From contig CACZZQ010000009.1 in the NCBI GenBank assembly GCA_902785695.1, forward strand, positions 1,088 to 65,087: 64,000 nt of DNA, written 5' to 3'. The notes beneath the pieces were generated by a model. The model was not told the DNA's origin. It saw only the letters and a list, made by a program, of their open reading frames with translations, and searched no databases. Below, one piece after another: positions 8,663 to 17,357 of the stretch (positions are counted from its first letter, which is position 1; the number at the start of each line of letters is the position of its first letter). This DNA is from an uncultured Prevotellaceae bacterium. GTDB taxonomy: Bacteria > Bacteroidota > Bacteroidia > Bacteroidales > Bacteroidaceae. The position numbers were made by a program, and so were the translations under genes.

Positions 8663-9883
8663 TTATGAAATTTTTATATTTTCCTCGTCTTTATTTTCAA
8701 CGATCTTGTCTTTTAGCGCATTAACCCTATCAGAGCTCCATTGATTACTACAATAAACAAAGTTTCCATCTGTACATTTTATTTTTTCTTCATAAGTTCT
8801 TTTTGTAGGTTCCTTACCTTCTTTAGTTGTTTTGTCATACAACATTTCTTTTGAAATAAAAGGAACACTTTTTACTTTGCCATATTTCTTTAATAATTCG
8901 TCATGCTTATATTTCGTAGCAAGAAATTTTGCTACTTCCAAAGCCATCTTTGAATGGCTTGACACCTCGTGAGTATTTCCATCATAGGTGAGTATATATT
9001 TCGTTGCGCTATCTCTAATATCCCTTGCCTGCTTTTTGGCGTTTTCATCACCAACAGCTTCTATAGCTGCAAAAATTAAGTCTTCATTATTGTAATAGAA
9101 ATCTCTTAATAGATTTTTATAAGAATCACTCATAGCTAATATTTTTTCTGCTTTTATTGATGTTATTGTATTAATATATTCATCAAGATAGAAATAAGAT
9201 TGTTCTGAATAGAATTCTTTATAATTCTGTATTGGGTATAGAATATTATCCAGTAAATCTTGATATGTTATACAAATAAAATTGTTACAACTGAGTTGCT
9301 TAGGTGCGTATGGAGCTAAAAAGACATAAACATTTATATATCCATCCTCTTTATTATTATAATAGTTAAAATACTTTTTGCATTGATCATCATGTTCATT
9401 TGTTCCAACTTTGTTTTCAATACAAATCCTTACTTTTTTACCTTCTCCGGCCGTTAAAAGAATAACAATATCAGCTCTTCCATTTTTCTCCCCCTCGGTT
9501 TTCTCTTCTGTGTAAACATTATCGACTTTGACTTTAATGGAATTAGAAACGATGTCGTTCCACATCTCATCAGTTATAAATCGAAGTCTACCATTTTCTC
9601 CGTCTTTTTTGTTTAAATAAACATTTTTCTGAGATTCTGCATTAACAGCTAAAAGACGTAAAAGGAAAAGAACTGGAGACTCATCTAATCTGTTAAATTC
9701 GTCATTAGCAAAACACCAAGCTATCATTGCACTATGCACGGTTTCAGATTTCGATTTTTTGAATATGTCTAGCATGGTTTTGCGTTCGTTTAGAACCTTT
9801 AATGCATGATACTCATTAGATTGATAATATGACTGGATCCATTTTAATATCTCTTGTAGAGATAAAATATCTTTTTCTTTCAT
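8663..9883 (-). CDS. PD-(D/E)XK nuclease family protein (PDDEXK_4-like)
   Basis: 'SETVHSAMIAW', 'GRADIVI...ICIENKV...DQCKKY'; visibly AT-rich relative to neighbours. Confidence 0.8.
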   Translation of the reverse strand: MKEKDILSLQEILKWIQSYYQSNEYHALKVLNERKTMLDIFKKSKSETVHSAMIAWCFANDEFNRLDESPVLFLLRLLAVNAESQKNVYLNKKDGENGRLRFITDEMWNDIVSNSIKVKVDNVYTEEKTEGEKNGRADIVILLTAGEGKKVRICIENKVGTNEHDDQCKKYFNYYNNKEDGYINVYVFLAPYAPKQLSCNNFICITYQDLLDNILYPIQNYKEFYSEQSYFYLDEYINTITSIKAEKILAMSDSYKNLLRDFYYNNEDLIFAAIEAVGDENAKKQARDIRDSATKYILTYDGNTHEVSSHSKMALEVAKFLATKYKHDELLKKYGKVKSVPFISKEMLYDKTTKEGKEPTKRTYEEKIKCTDGNFVYCSNQWSSDRVNALKDKIVENKDEENIKIS

Positions 9884-9899
9884 ATACAAAATATTGGAA

Positions 9900-11423
9900 T
9901 TACATTTGTTCTTTCAATCTCTCCCAAACCTTGACCATTGCGTAGGTATCCAGGCAGCAATAGGCAAGTAGGGCTTTGCGGGTGGCTTGCTGCTCTGCGG
10001 GCTCCATATCCTTGATTTGTGGGAAGATGGTCATTGCATTGCCGCCATTCTGACAACGTTCGTCCAAGTTGTGATAGTCGAGAGATGGCTCGTTGGGCCA
10101 GAGGGCAGGCAACACGTACTTGATGCTGGTGGAGCCTCCCATAGCGGGCACATAATAGTGGCCAGCCTTGAAGGGATCCCACAGATCGACGATGTGGTCA
10201 CGGATATTCAGCAGGTGTTCGCTGAGGTCTGGGAAGGCCTGAGCCAACTCCTTGATGCGCGTACACTCGAACGATTTATTATAAGCCGTAACACAGACAT
10301 TCATGGGGATGTCCTGACACAACTGTTCAGCCAAGGCCCTACGAGGGTCTTCACCTGATACACCTAAGAACTCTTTATGCAACAGTGGGCCTCCCTCTTT
10401 TTCTATATAATGCAAAGAGTATTGGAAGGTGATCTGCTGATAGGGCTTAGTGCCAGGATATTGCGGAATGACCACCTGCATGGTCTCGAAGTCGAGGAAG
10501 TAGAGTGGATAACTCAACTGCTGCATGAACTCGCGGATGGCAGCACGGTCAATATGCGTCTCGTTTGACAACGTACAAGCCACTTGCGTCTGCTGGAAGT
10601 CTGTGAGCTTCTCGCCAGCAATATCGTCAAACGTCACCTTACCTTTATTATAGAGGCTCAACTTATGGTCGAAACGCTTCTTATACAGGTCGAACACCGA
10701 GGGATGCGGAATATGCTGCGCGCAGTAATTCCAGAACTCACAATGGTAGGGCTTGTGGCAGTGCTTGGTCAACTCAGCCTCAGGCTCCTGTTGTTGCTGC
10801 AACGTCTGGCGGGCCGTATTGATGAAGCGCTCGATATGTGGATATTCATGAGCCACATAGTCTGTCATATCTGTTGTGATAAACAGCTGGCTGATGTCAA
10901 GTTCTTCGCCACGGACATAATCGGAATTGAGTCTGACAAGATAGACACCCGTGACATTCACACCACAATGGGTCAGCACCCACTTCTGGTAGGCAATATC
11001 CTGGGCATAAACCTCCATCTTGTCTTTCTTGGCACCTTCGTCGTCTTCCGAAGCAGAACTGCTCTTCACCTCATAGATGGCATAACCGCCAGCTGTCTTA
11101 CAGAGAATATCTACTGCACAATAACAGCCCTCGAAGGTAAACGAGGCCTCACAGATGTTCTGCGTACCATCGCTGAGACATTGCTGCGTCTTGTCGAGCA
11201 TCGCTTTCAGGTCGAGTGTGCCATCAGCCTTGAGCGTGGTAACCTCAACATAGTTGCCAAAGAGGTGCATGGCAAGGTCACCCACCTCGTTACCTGCCTG
11301 GAAGCGGGCAGCCATCTGTGGGTCTTCTACAGCCAATTCCGGATGGTACACGCGTAGCCACAAAGCCTTTTCACACTGGCGAAACTTTGTGTATTTCGAT
11401 TTTGATAGTCCTTTGTTTGCCAT
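9900..11423 (-). CDS. DUF2779-family protein: Cas4/RecB-like nuclease domain with Cys cluster plus RNase H-like (DEDD) domain
   Basis: 'LSKSKY...QCEKALWL', 'AVDIL...YEVKSS', 'HCHKPYHCEFWNYC', 'YFLDFET', 'YNKSFE', 'YCCLDT'. Confidence 0.8.
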   Translation of the reverse strand: MANKGLSKSKYTKFRQCEKALWLRVYHPELAVEDPQMAARFQAGNEVGDLAMHLFGNYVEVTTLKADGTLDLKAMLDKTQQCLSDGTQNICEASFTFEGCYCAVDILCKTAGGYAIYEVKSSSASEDDEGAKKDKMEVYAQDIAYQKWVLTHCGVNVTGVYLVRLNSDYVRGEELDISQLFITTDMTDYVAHEYPHIERFINTARQTLQQQQEPEAELTKHCHKPYHCEFWNYCAQHIPHPSVFDLYKKRFDHKLSLYNKGKVTFDDIAGEKLTDFQQTQVACTLSNETHIDRAAIREFMQQLSYPLYFLDFETMQVVIPQYPGTKPYQQITFQYSLHYIEKEGGPLLHKEFLGVSGEDPRRALAEQLCQDIPMNVCVTAYNKSFECTRIKELAQAFPDLSEHLLNIRDHIVDLWDPFKAGHYYVPAMGGSTSIKYVLPALWPNEPSLDYHNLDERCQNGGNAMTIFPQIKDMEPAEQQATRKALLAYCCLDTYAMVKVWERLKEQM

Positions 11424-11447
11424 TGGTTAGTATCATAAATGATGCCA

Positions 11448-11576
11448 CAAAATTACAACATTTTTCTGAATTGCAAGCATTATTCCTATAATTTTTCATG
11501 TCTATAAAACTGACAAGAAATTCTTCTAAAATTGACAGATTCTGTTTGGAGTTACACAGTCTTTTATTTACCTTTG
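11448..11576. promoter_or_regulatory. Divergent promoters (DUF2779 operon / XRE gene) with operator-like palindrome
   Basis: Minus-strand TAATTTTG 11448-11455; TGTCTATAAAACTGACA 11499-11515; ATTGACA 11531-11537; TTTG 11545-11548; TACCTTTG 11569-11576. Confidence 0.7.
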
Positions 11577-11605
11577 CACCATCTAATCTAAATTAATAAA
11601 AGCAT

Positions 11606-13006
11606 ATGGCAGTACATATCGGTGAAATTATCCAAAAAGAGGTGAAACGACAGCACTTGTCAGAAGGTGAATTTGCTAACCTAATAAACACCACGCGTAC
11701 AAATGTCTATGACATCTATAAGCGCCCAGATTTCAAAACAGGTCATCTCAGAGATATCGGTAAGGCTCTCGGGATAAATATCTTTAAGCTCATTTCAAAA
11801 GAGATGGAAGAAGATATGGCAAAAAGTGCTGGCGAGGGAGAGTTTCTGGAATCAGTTGGCAAACTTAGACGTGATTTAGAAAAAGAGAATCCCGGTATGC
11901 GTATCATTGGAGGCGATGGCATAGCGAGAGAGCGCGAAGAGATGAAAAAAGTGCTGGAAGAGTATTTCAAAAATCCCCATGTCAAGCCATTGCTTATCAT
12001 TGAGATGGGTTATACCTTCTGTGCCGTCGAAGTGGTCAGACAAGTAGCTCAGGATTTTTTTGGCGACAAGGGATATGCCGTTTGTCCGAAGGCGATGAAC
12101 AATGTTGTCGCCCTACGATCAGTGCCACAACCGGTATTGTCAGACTATATCGACAAGAATGGCTATGGATCGGAAGAAGCCATTGAGAATCGTTTGAGCG
12201 AAATTTATCGGGCACAGCAAGATACGAAAAAACATTTTGTCGGCATTCTGCATGTAGCGTCGCCTTATGAGAAATATGAGGCATTAGACCTGTGGAAAAA
12301 CCAGTTCATCATTTCAGAATACATATGGAATCGCAGCAGCCTCCTGTCGTGGGCTATTGACAGTAAGCAGCATCCACAACTCATCAACTACATACGCTAT
12401 CACAAAATGGAGTACGGCAAGGAGCCTGATCTGGGGGTTGATGCACACTATCCTACCAACCACGCTTATTCGCAACAGGATTTTGAGTATGTGTCGGAGT
12501 GTCTGGAAAAGAAAATGGATATTAATCCATTTAAAGACCACTATCGTCCCGTACGTTTTGCCAAAGAAGTGGCCAGTTTCAACAAGAACAAAAAGAATAC
12601 GGGCTACATGCCTATATCTCTCAAAAGAACTGTAGGAATCGGACTTACGATTAATGGAAACGACATTGATTTGGGTATCCAATTGCCTTATGACGATGTG
12701 GCAACGCTGGTATATATCTACGACCAGGCTGTCAAAGGTCCATTAAAGGGTCTCGACGAAGACGCTCTCGACGAGCAGTTCTTTCCTTGGCTTCAAAAGA
12801 ATCATCCCATACTGGCCAACGTCATTGTCGACGCGACAGAGGAAACCCTCGCAGAGCGCATGACAATAGGTGGGCCTGAAGAGACAGACTACTATCGAGA
12901 AATCATCTATCACTATGAGCCCTGCTCAATGGATGACTGGTGGTCGCTGGCCGATGGAAATGAAATTAAATACTATCTTGGCGGCTTCCCTGAGAGAGTT
13001 GAGTAA
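11606..13006 (+). CDS. XRE-family HTH regulator fused to a large uncharacterised C-terminal region
   Basis: N-terminal 'HIGEIIQKEVKRQHLSEGEFANLINTTRTNVYDIYKR' is a Bacteroidales XRE HTH. Confidence 0.75.
   Translation: MAVHIGEIIQKEVKRQHLSEGEFANLINTTRTNVYDIYKRPDFKTGHLRDIGKALGINIFKLISKEMEEDMAKSAGEGEFLESVGKLRRDLEKENPGMRIIGGDGIAREREEMKKVLEEYFKNPHVKPLLIIEMGYTFCAVEVVRQVAQDFFGDKGYAVCPKAMNNVVALRSVPQPVLSDYIDKNGYGSEEAIENRLSEIYRAQQDTKKHFVGILHVASPYEKYEALDLWKNQFIISEYIWNRSSLLSWAIDSKQHPQLINYIRYHKMEYGKEPDLGVDAHYPTNHAYSQQDFEYVSECLEKKMDINPFKDHYRPVRFAKEVASFNKNKKNTGYMPISLKRTVGIGLTINGNDIDLGIQLPYDDVATLVYIYDQAVKGPLKGLDEDALDEQFFPWLQKNHPILANVIVDATEETLAERMTIGGPEETDYYREIIYHYEPCSMDDWWSLADGNEIKYYLGGFPERVE
12974..12999 (+). 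repeat. 26-bp direct repeat, copy 1 (3' end of XRE gene)
   Basis: TATCTTGGCGGCTTCCCTGAGAGAGT; 25/26 identical to 14220-14245. Confidence 0.85.
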
Positions 13007-13084
13007 AACATTAAAATGAATCAAGGGACTGACACCTGATTTGTCTAATCGAAGGAATTAAACGTTATTTATCTTTTTTTTGTT

Positions 13085-14211
13085 ATGAAAATAGTTAATA
13101 TTGATGCGCCCGAGAATCTTACAAATAAAGTTGTAAGATTAAGTATACCAGAGTTTGTTATTGAGGTTGTGCGACCTTTAGAGGAAGAGTTCTATGATCA
13201 TTATACTGATGAGCAAATTATTTGTGGAGTATATTCTTTTTACACAAACACGCCGCTTCCCCTCTCGCCTATCTGGAAGTTTGAGAGGGGTAGATATGAA
13301 AACATAGCAACTCTTTTACATGCTATACCTATTTATCTTCGTGATTCAAAACCTGACATAATCCGCGACGATAATAGCATTATAGACCCTTTGGGAGCAT
13401 ATTATTCTAACCGAAAGGGTGATAGCCCCTATATCGAATTGTATTTGACAGCTATCGATAGTTCGGCAGGAAACGATGACAAACATTTTATTTGGCTCTT
13501 TACTCAAGTCCTGATTCACGAATTGGCTCACGCAGCCTTAGATATTTTTAATTTGGAAGATACTCCTCAATCAGAGAAAGTGTTTTACCATACGGAATTT
13601 GGTCGTTGGCGTGAAGAGTCAATGGCGAATGCCGTAGCTCTTCAGATAATAAAGGATTTTGAGAACAAAAATTTCTATGATTATACCAAACAATTTATGC
13701 AATCGCAGCCTGCGGAATATGCCCTCGGTGTGTTGATGGAAGATTTTCGTCGTTGGGATTTCAGAAGCGTTTTTAATTCGAAAGAGCAAGGGGTTGATGC
13801 CAACTTACAACAAGAATGGCTGAATTATGTAAAAGGTACTCCTGATTGGGAAGGACTGCAAAAATGGAATGAATTGCTACGTAGTTAATATGTCTATACT
13901 TTCGAAGGGGAATACTATTCATCGGAAAAGGAACTTGTATATACCATTGTGAAAAAGTACTTTCAGACTATGAGAATGAAAATGGTGGAAAGATGTCAAT
14001 TAATACATTTACTTCACTTTTCCCAAATGATTTTAGAACAGGTGCAGAGAGACCATACGAACCTACGCAAGAGGGCATAGGAGATGGCCGGTATAAAGAA
14101 TTTAAATTAGCTGATGGTGATTATTCTTTGTATTATTTCTGGAACAATGATTCTCTACATAAGTTTATAGAAAAACTCGATGTCAATATCATTGAATACA
14201 AGAATTACTGA
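13085..14211 (+). pseudogene. HExxH metallopeptidase-like gene whose C-terminal domain is cut off by a stop and a frameshift (13085-13888 remains an intact ORF)
   Basis: 'LIHELAHAA' and 'REESMANA'. Reading through TAA 13886-13888 gives YVYTFEGEYYSSEKELVYTIVKK; one extra A in the A-run 13952-13956 joins this to VLSDYENENGGK-MSINTF (ORF 13993-14211). Confidence 0.7.
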
Positions 14212-14219
14212 CTCAGGGG

Positions 14220-14245
14220 TATCTTGGCGGCTTCCCTGACAGAGT
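14220..14245 (+). repeat. 26-bp direct repeat, copy 2 (orphan gene end encoding YLGGFPDRV*)
   Basis: TATCTTGGCGGCTTCCCTGACAGAGT. Confidence 0.85.
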
Positions 14246-14269
14246 GTAAACTTTTAAATAATAACAAAT

Positions 14270-14722
14270 ATGATAGAAGAACTGACAGATAGTTTTGACG
14301 ACGAAATGTATGACTTTGTGTTTCACTTCATGCCTTGGTTCGTCTATAATTTGAAACCGGAACGCAAGTCCCTGTTGGATGATGAAGAATACATCGGTCT
14401 GAATAGTCCGTGTGGTATTGAACTGCATAAACTTGAAATTGAGGATAAGACCTGCCGTGTTATTTCCTTCGATGAAACATTCTTTGCTGATATGGAGGTA
14501 CCCATGTGTATGGTTGTGACTCGAAATAGCGACGAGGAACTACTGGGATACTTTACTGTTGAAAAAGAGGATTCTCCAGACTATGTGTTATGTAAGGTGG
14601 ATACAGAGGAACATTCCTTGTTGGGAAGTATAAGCTGGCAGGAAATGCCTTCAAAAGAGCAGTTTGCCACAGATGTAATCAGTAAATACGTTGAAAAAAG
14701 ACAATCTAATGAAGGAGTTTGA
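14270..14722 (+). CDS. Acidic hypothetical protein
   Basis: 150-aa ORF with an AT-rich leader; no recognisable motif. Confidence 0.65.
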   Translation: MIEELTDSFDDEMYDFVFHFMPWFVYNLKPERKSLLDDEEYIGLNSPCGIELHKLEIEDKTCRVISFDETFFADMEVPMCMVVTRNSDEELLGYFTVEKEDSPDYVLCKVDTEEHSLLGSISWQEMPSKEQFATDVISKYVEKRQSNEGV

Positions 14723-14990
14723 CAGGGTAAAGGACGGAGATGAATACCAGTACATAGTAGATGGTGAGTTGGCTATGTGCGGGGATGAGAAGCATTTGCT
14801 GAATTGCCTCAATACATTTAATGAAGCAGAACACACGGTTAAAGATGGCGTAACCACTGTCTGTGATGATGCATTCTCATGGAGAGCTAATCAAGAACAG
14901 CGAATGACATTATATATACCACGCTCAGTTAAGGTTGTTGGGGAAAATATCTTTGGTGATGGTGGTGGGCGTATCGTAGTTAAACAGTAA
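14709..14990 (+). CDS. Small protein with 1-2 BspA-type LRR units
   Basis: 'TVKDGVTTVCDDAF', 'YIPRSVKVVGENIF'. Confidence 0.55.
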   Translation: MKEFDRVKDGDEYQYIVDGELAMCGDEKHLLNCLNTFNEAEHTVKDGVTTVCDDAFSWRANQEQRMTLYIPRSVKVVGENIFGDGGGRIVVKQ

Positions 14991-15107
14991 GTCATTATGA
15001 AATTGGTATAGAGTCAGAGGTGTGGACGAAGAGGGAACAAAAGACCCGAGTTCACGCAGGTACAGGGATGCTTGGGACGAAGAGGATGATGAGGATGAGT
15101 AGAGTTG

Positions 15108-15177
15108 AAATAAAATTTTGGCCAGAATTTTTAGAATTTTGGCCATTATTTTTTGAATTCTGGCCAAAATTTTATTT
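15108..15177. repeat. 22-bp perfect inverted repeat enclosing a third TGGCCA-centred copy (21-bp period)
   Basis: AAATAAAATTTTGGCCAGAATT (15108-15129) / AATTCTGGCCAAAATTTTATTT (15156-15177). Confidence 0.8.
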
Positions 15178-15240
15178 GAAGGGATGCCGAATTCGGAAAA
15201 AATAAACTACCTTTGCACCCCAAATACACATTATTAAATT

Positions 15241-17307
15241 ATGGAACAGAAAAACTATAAGAGAATAACCGTGACCTCTGCCCTGCCCTACGCCAATGGC
15301 GGTGTGCACATCGGTCACTTGGCTGGCGTGTATGTGCCTGCCGATATCTACGTGCGCTACCTCCGTCTGAAGAAGCGCGAGGTGATGTTCATTGGTGGTT
15401 CTGACGAGCACGGTGTGCCCATCACCGTTCGTGCCCGCAAGGAGGGTATCACTCCACAGGATGTAGTAGATCGTTATCACAAGATGATCAAGGACTCTTT
15501 CGATGAGTTCGGAATCTCGTTCGATATCTATAGCCGTACTACCTCAGAGACTCACCATAAGTTTGCTGCCGAGTGGTTCCGCAAGATGTACGACGAGGGC
15601 AAGCTGGTAGAAGAGACCACCCAGCAGCTCTACGACGAGGAGGCCAAGCAGTTCCTGGCCGACCGCTACGTGACGGGCGAATGTCCTTACTGCCACAACG
15701 AAGGTGCATACGGCGACCAGTGTGAGAAATGCGGACGCGACCTCTCGCCTACGGAGCTGATCAACCCGAAGTCCACCATCAGTGGTTCTACGCCTGTGTT
15801 GAAGGAGACGAAGAACTGGTACCTGCCCCTGAACGAGTATCAGGACTGGCTGAAGCAGTGGATTCTGGAGGGTCACAAGGAGTGGCGCTCTAACGTCTAC
15901 GGTCAGTGCAAGAGTTGGCTCGACATGGACCTGCAGCCTCGTGCTATGACTCGCGACTTGGATTGGGGTATCCCCGTACCCGTTGAGGGAGCTGAGGGCA
16001 AAGTGCTCTACGTATGGTTTGATGCACCCATCGGTTATGTGTCAAACACCAAGGAGCTCTGCGAGAAGGAGCCTGAGAAGTGGGGCTCATGGGAGAAGTG
16101 GTGGCAGGATGAGGACACTCGTCTGGTGCACTTTATTGGTAAGGACAACATCGTGTTCCACTGCATCATCTTCCCTGTGATGATGAAGGCTCACGGCAAG
16201 TATATCATGCCTGATAACGTGCCAGCCAACGAGTTCCTGAATCTTGAGAACGATAAGATTTCTACCTCTCGTAACTGGGCTGTATGGCTCCATGAGTATC
16301 TGGTAGATATGCCTGGCAAGCAGGATGTGTTGCGCTATGTACTGACAGCCAATGCACCTGAGACCAAGGATAACAACTTTACTTGGAAGGACTTCCAGGA
16401 TCGCAATAACAACGAGCTGGTTGCTGTTTATGGCAACTTCGTGAATCGTGCCCTCCAGTTGACTAAGAAGTACTGGAACGGCATCGTTCCCGCCTGCGGA
16501 GAGTTGCTTGACGTTGACCGTCAAGCTTTAGAAGAGTTCAAGGATGTGAAGGCTAAGGTGGAGGCTCTGCTGGAACAGTTCAAGTTCCGCGATGCTCAGT
16601 TCGAGGCCATGAACCTGGCTCGTATTGGTAATCGCTATATCACAGAGTGTGAGCCTTGGAAGGTTTGGAAGACCGATCCCAAGCGTTGTGAGACTATCCT
16701 GAACATCTGCTTGCAGTTGACAGCCAACCTCGCTATCGCCTTCGAGCCATTCCTGCCATTCTCAAGCAAGAAGCTCCGCGAGATGCTGAATATCGAGAAC
16801 TTCGAGTGGGAGCAGCTGGGTAGCACCGACCTCCTGAAGGCTGGACATCAGCTGGGTGAGCCTGCTCTGCTGTTCGAGAAGATTGAGGATGAGGTCATCC
16901 AGAAGCAGCTTGATAAGCTCGAGGCCACCAAGAAGGCCAACGAGGCAGCAGCTTATAAGGCAGCTCCTATTAAGGATACTGTTAGCTTCGAGGAGTTTGA
17001 AAAACTCGACATCCGTGTTGGTCTGGTAAAGGATTGTCAGAAGGTGAAGAAGAGTAAGAAGCTCCTTCAGTTTACCATCGACGATGGTTCTGGCGTTGAT
17101 CGCACCATCTGCTCCGGTATCGCTGCCTTCTACGAGAACCCAGAAGAATTGATTGGCAAGCGCATCCTTTTCGTAGCCAACTTTGCGCCTCGCAATATGA
17201 TGGGCATCGAGAGTCAGGGTATGATTCTCAGTGCTGTAGATGCTGACGAAAGCCTGAGTGTAGTAACAACCACGAAGGATGTGAAACCTGGTTCACAGGT
17301 AGGATAG
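15241..17307 (+). CDS. metG: Methionine--tRNA ligase
   Basis: '[13 protein letters not shown]', zinc knuckles, 'KISTS', C-terminal tRNA-binding domain; TACCTTTG at 15208-15215. Confidence 0.98.
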   Translation: MEQKNYKRITVTSALPYANGGVHIGHLAGVYVPADIYVRYLRLKKREVMFIGGSDEHGVPITVRARKEGITPQDVVDRYHKMIKDSFDEFGISFDIYSRTTSETHHKFAAEWFRKMYDEGKLVEETTQQLYDEEAKQFLADRYVTGECPYCHNEGAYGDQCEKCGRDLSPTELINPKSTISGSTPVLKETKNWYLPLNEYQDWLKQWILEGHKEWRSNVYGQCKSWLDMDLQPRAMTRDLDWGIPVPVEGAEGKVLYVWFDAPIGYVSNTKELCEKEPEKWGSWEKWWQDEDTRLVHFIGKDNIVFHCIIFPVMMKAHGKYIMPDNVPANEFLNLENDKISTSRNWAVWLHEYLVDMPGKQDVLRYVLTANAPETKDNNFTWKDFQDRNNNELVAVYGNFVNRALQLTKKYWNGIVPACGELLDVDRQALEEFKDVKAKVEALLEQFKFRDAQFEAMNLARIGNRYITECEPWKVWKTDPKRCETILNICLQLTANLAIAFEPFLPFSSKKLREMLNIENFEWEQLGSTDLLKAGHQLGEPALLFEKIEDEVIQKQLDKLEATKKANEAAAYKAAPIKDTVSFEEFEKLDIRVGLVKDCQKVKKSKKLLQFTIDDGSGVDRTICSGIAAFYENPEELIGKRILFVANFAPRNMMGIESQGMILSAVDADESLSVVTTTKDVKPGSQVG

Positions 17308-17338
17308 CCCACCCCTACCCCCTCCCCAAGGGAGGGGA
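17308..17338 (+). repeat. REP-like GC hairpin, intergenic copy (possible terminator)
   Basis: CCCACCCCTACCCCCTCCCCAAGGGAGGGGA; same family as 18329-18363. Confidence 0.65.
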
Positions 17339-17357
17339 ACTTTAAACAGACTGCTAT

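Noticed and set aside
9900-11423. Cas4 / CRISPR adaptation gene
   Set aside because: The Cas4-like motifs are part of the DUF2779 architecture; there is no cas1/cas2 or array in the window.
14709-14990. DGR template or variable repeat for the LRR gene at 4-2142
   Set aside because: No nucleotide-level near-identity, no adenine-specific mismatches, and no reverse transcriptase.
14997-15102. Short acidic peptide NWYRVRGVDEEG...DEEDDEDE* one base out of frame with ATG 14997
   Set aside because: Too short and unsupported to call; at most a gene remnant.
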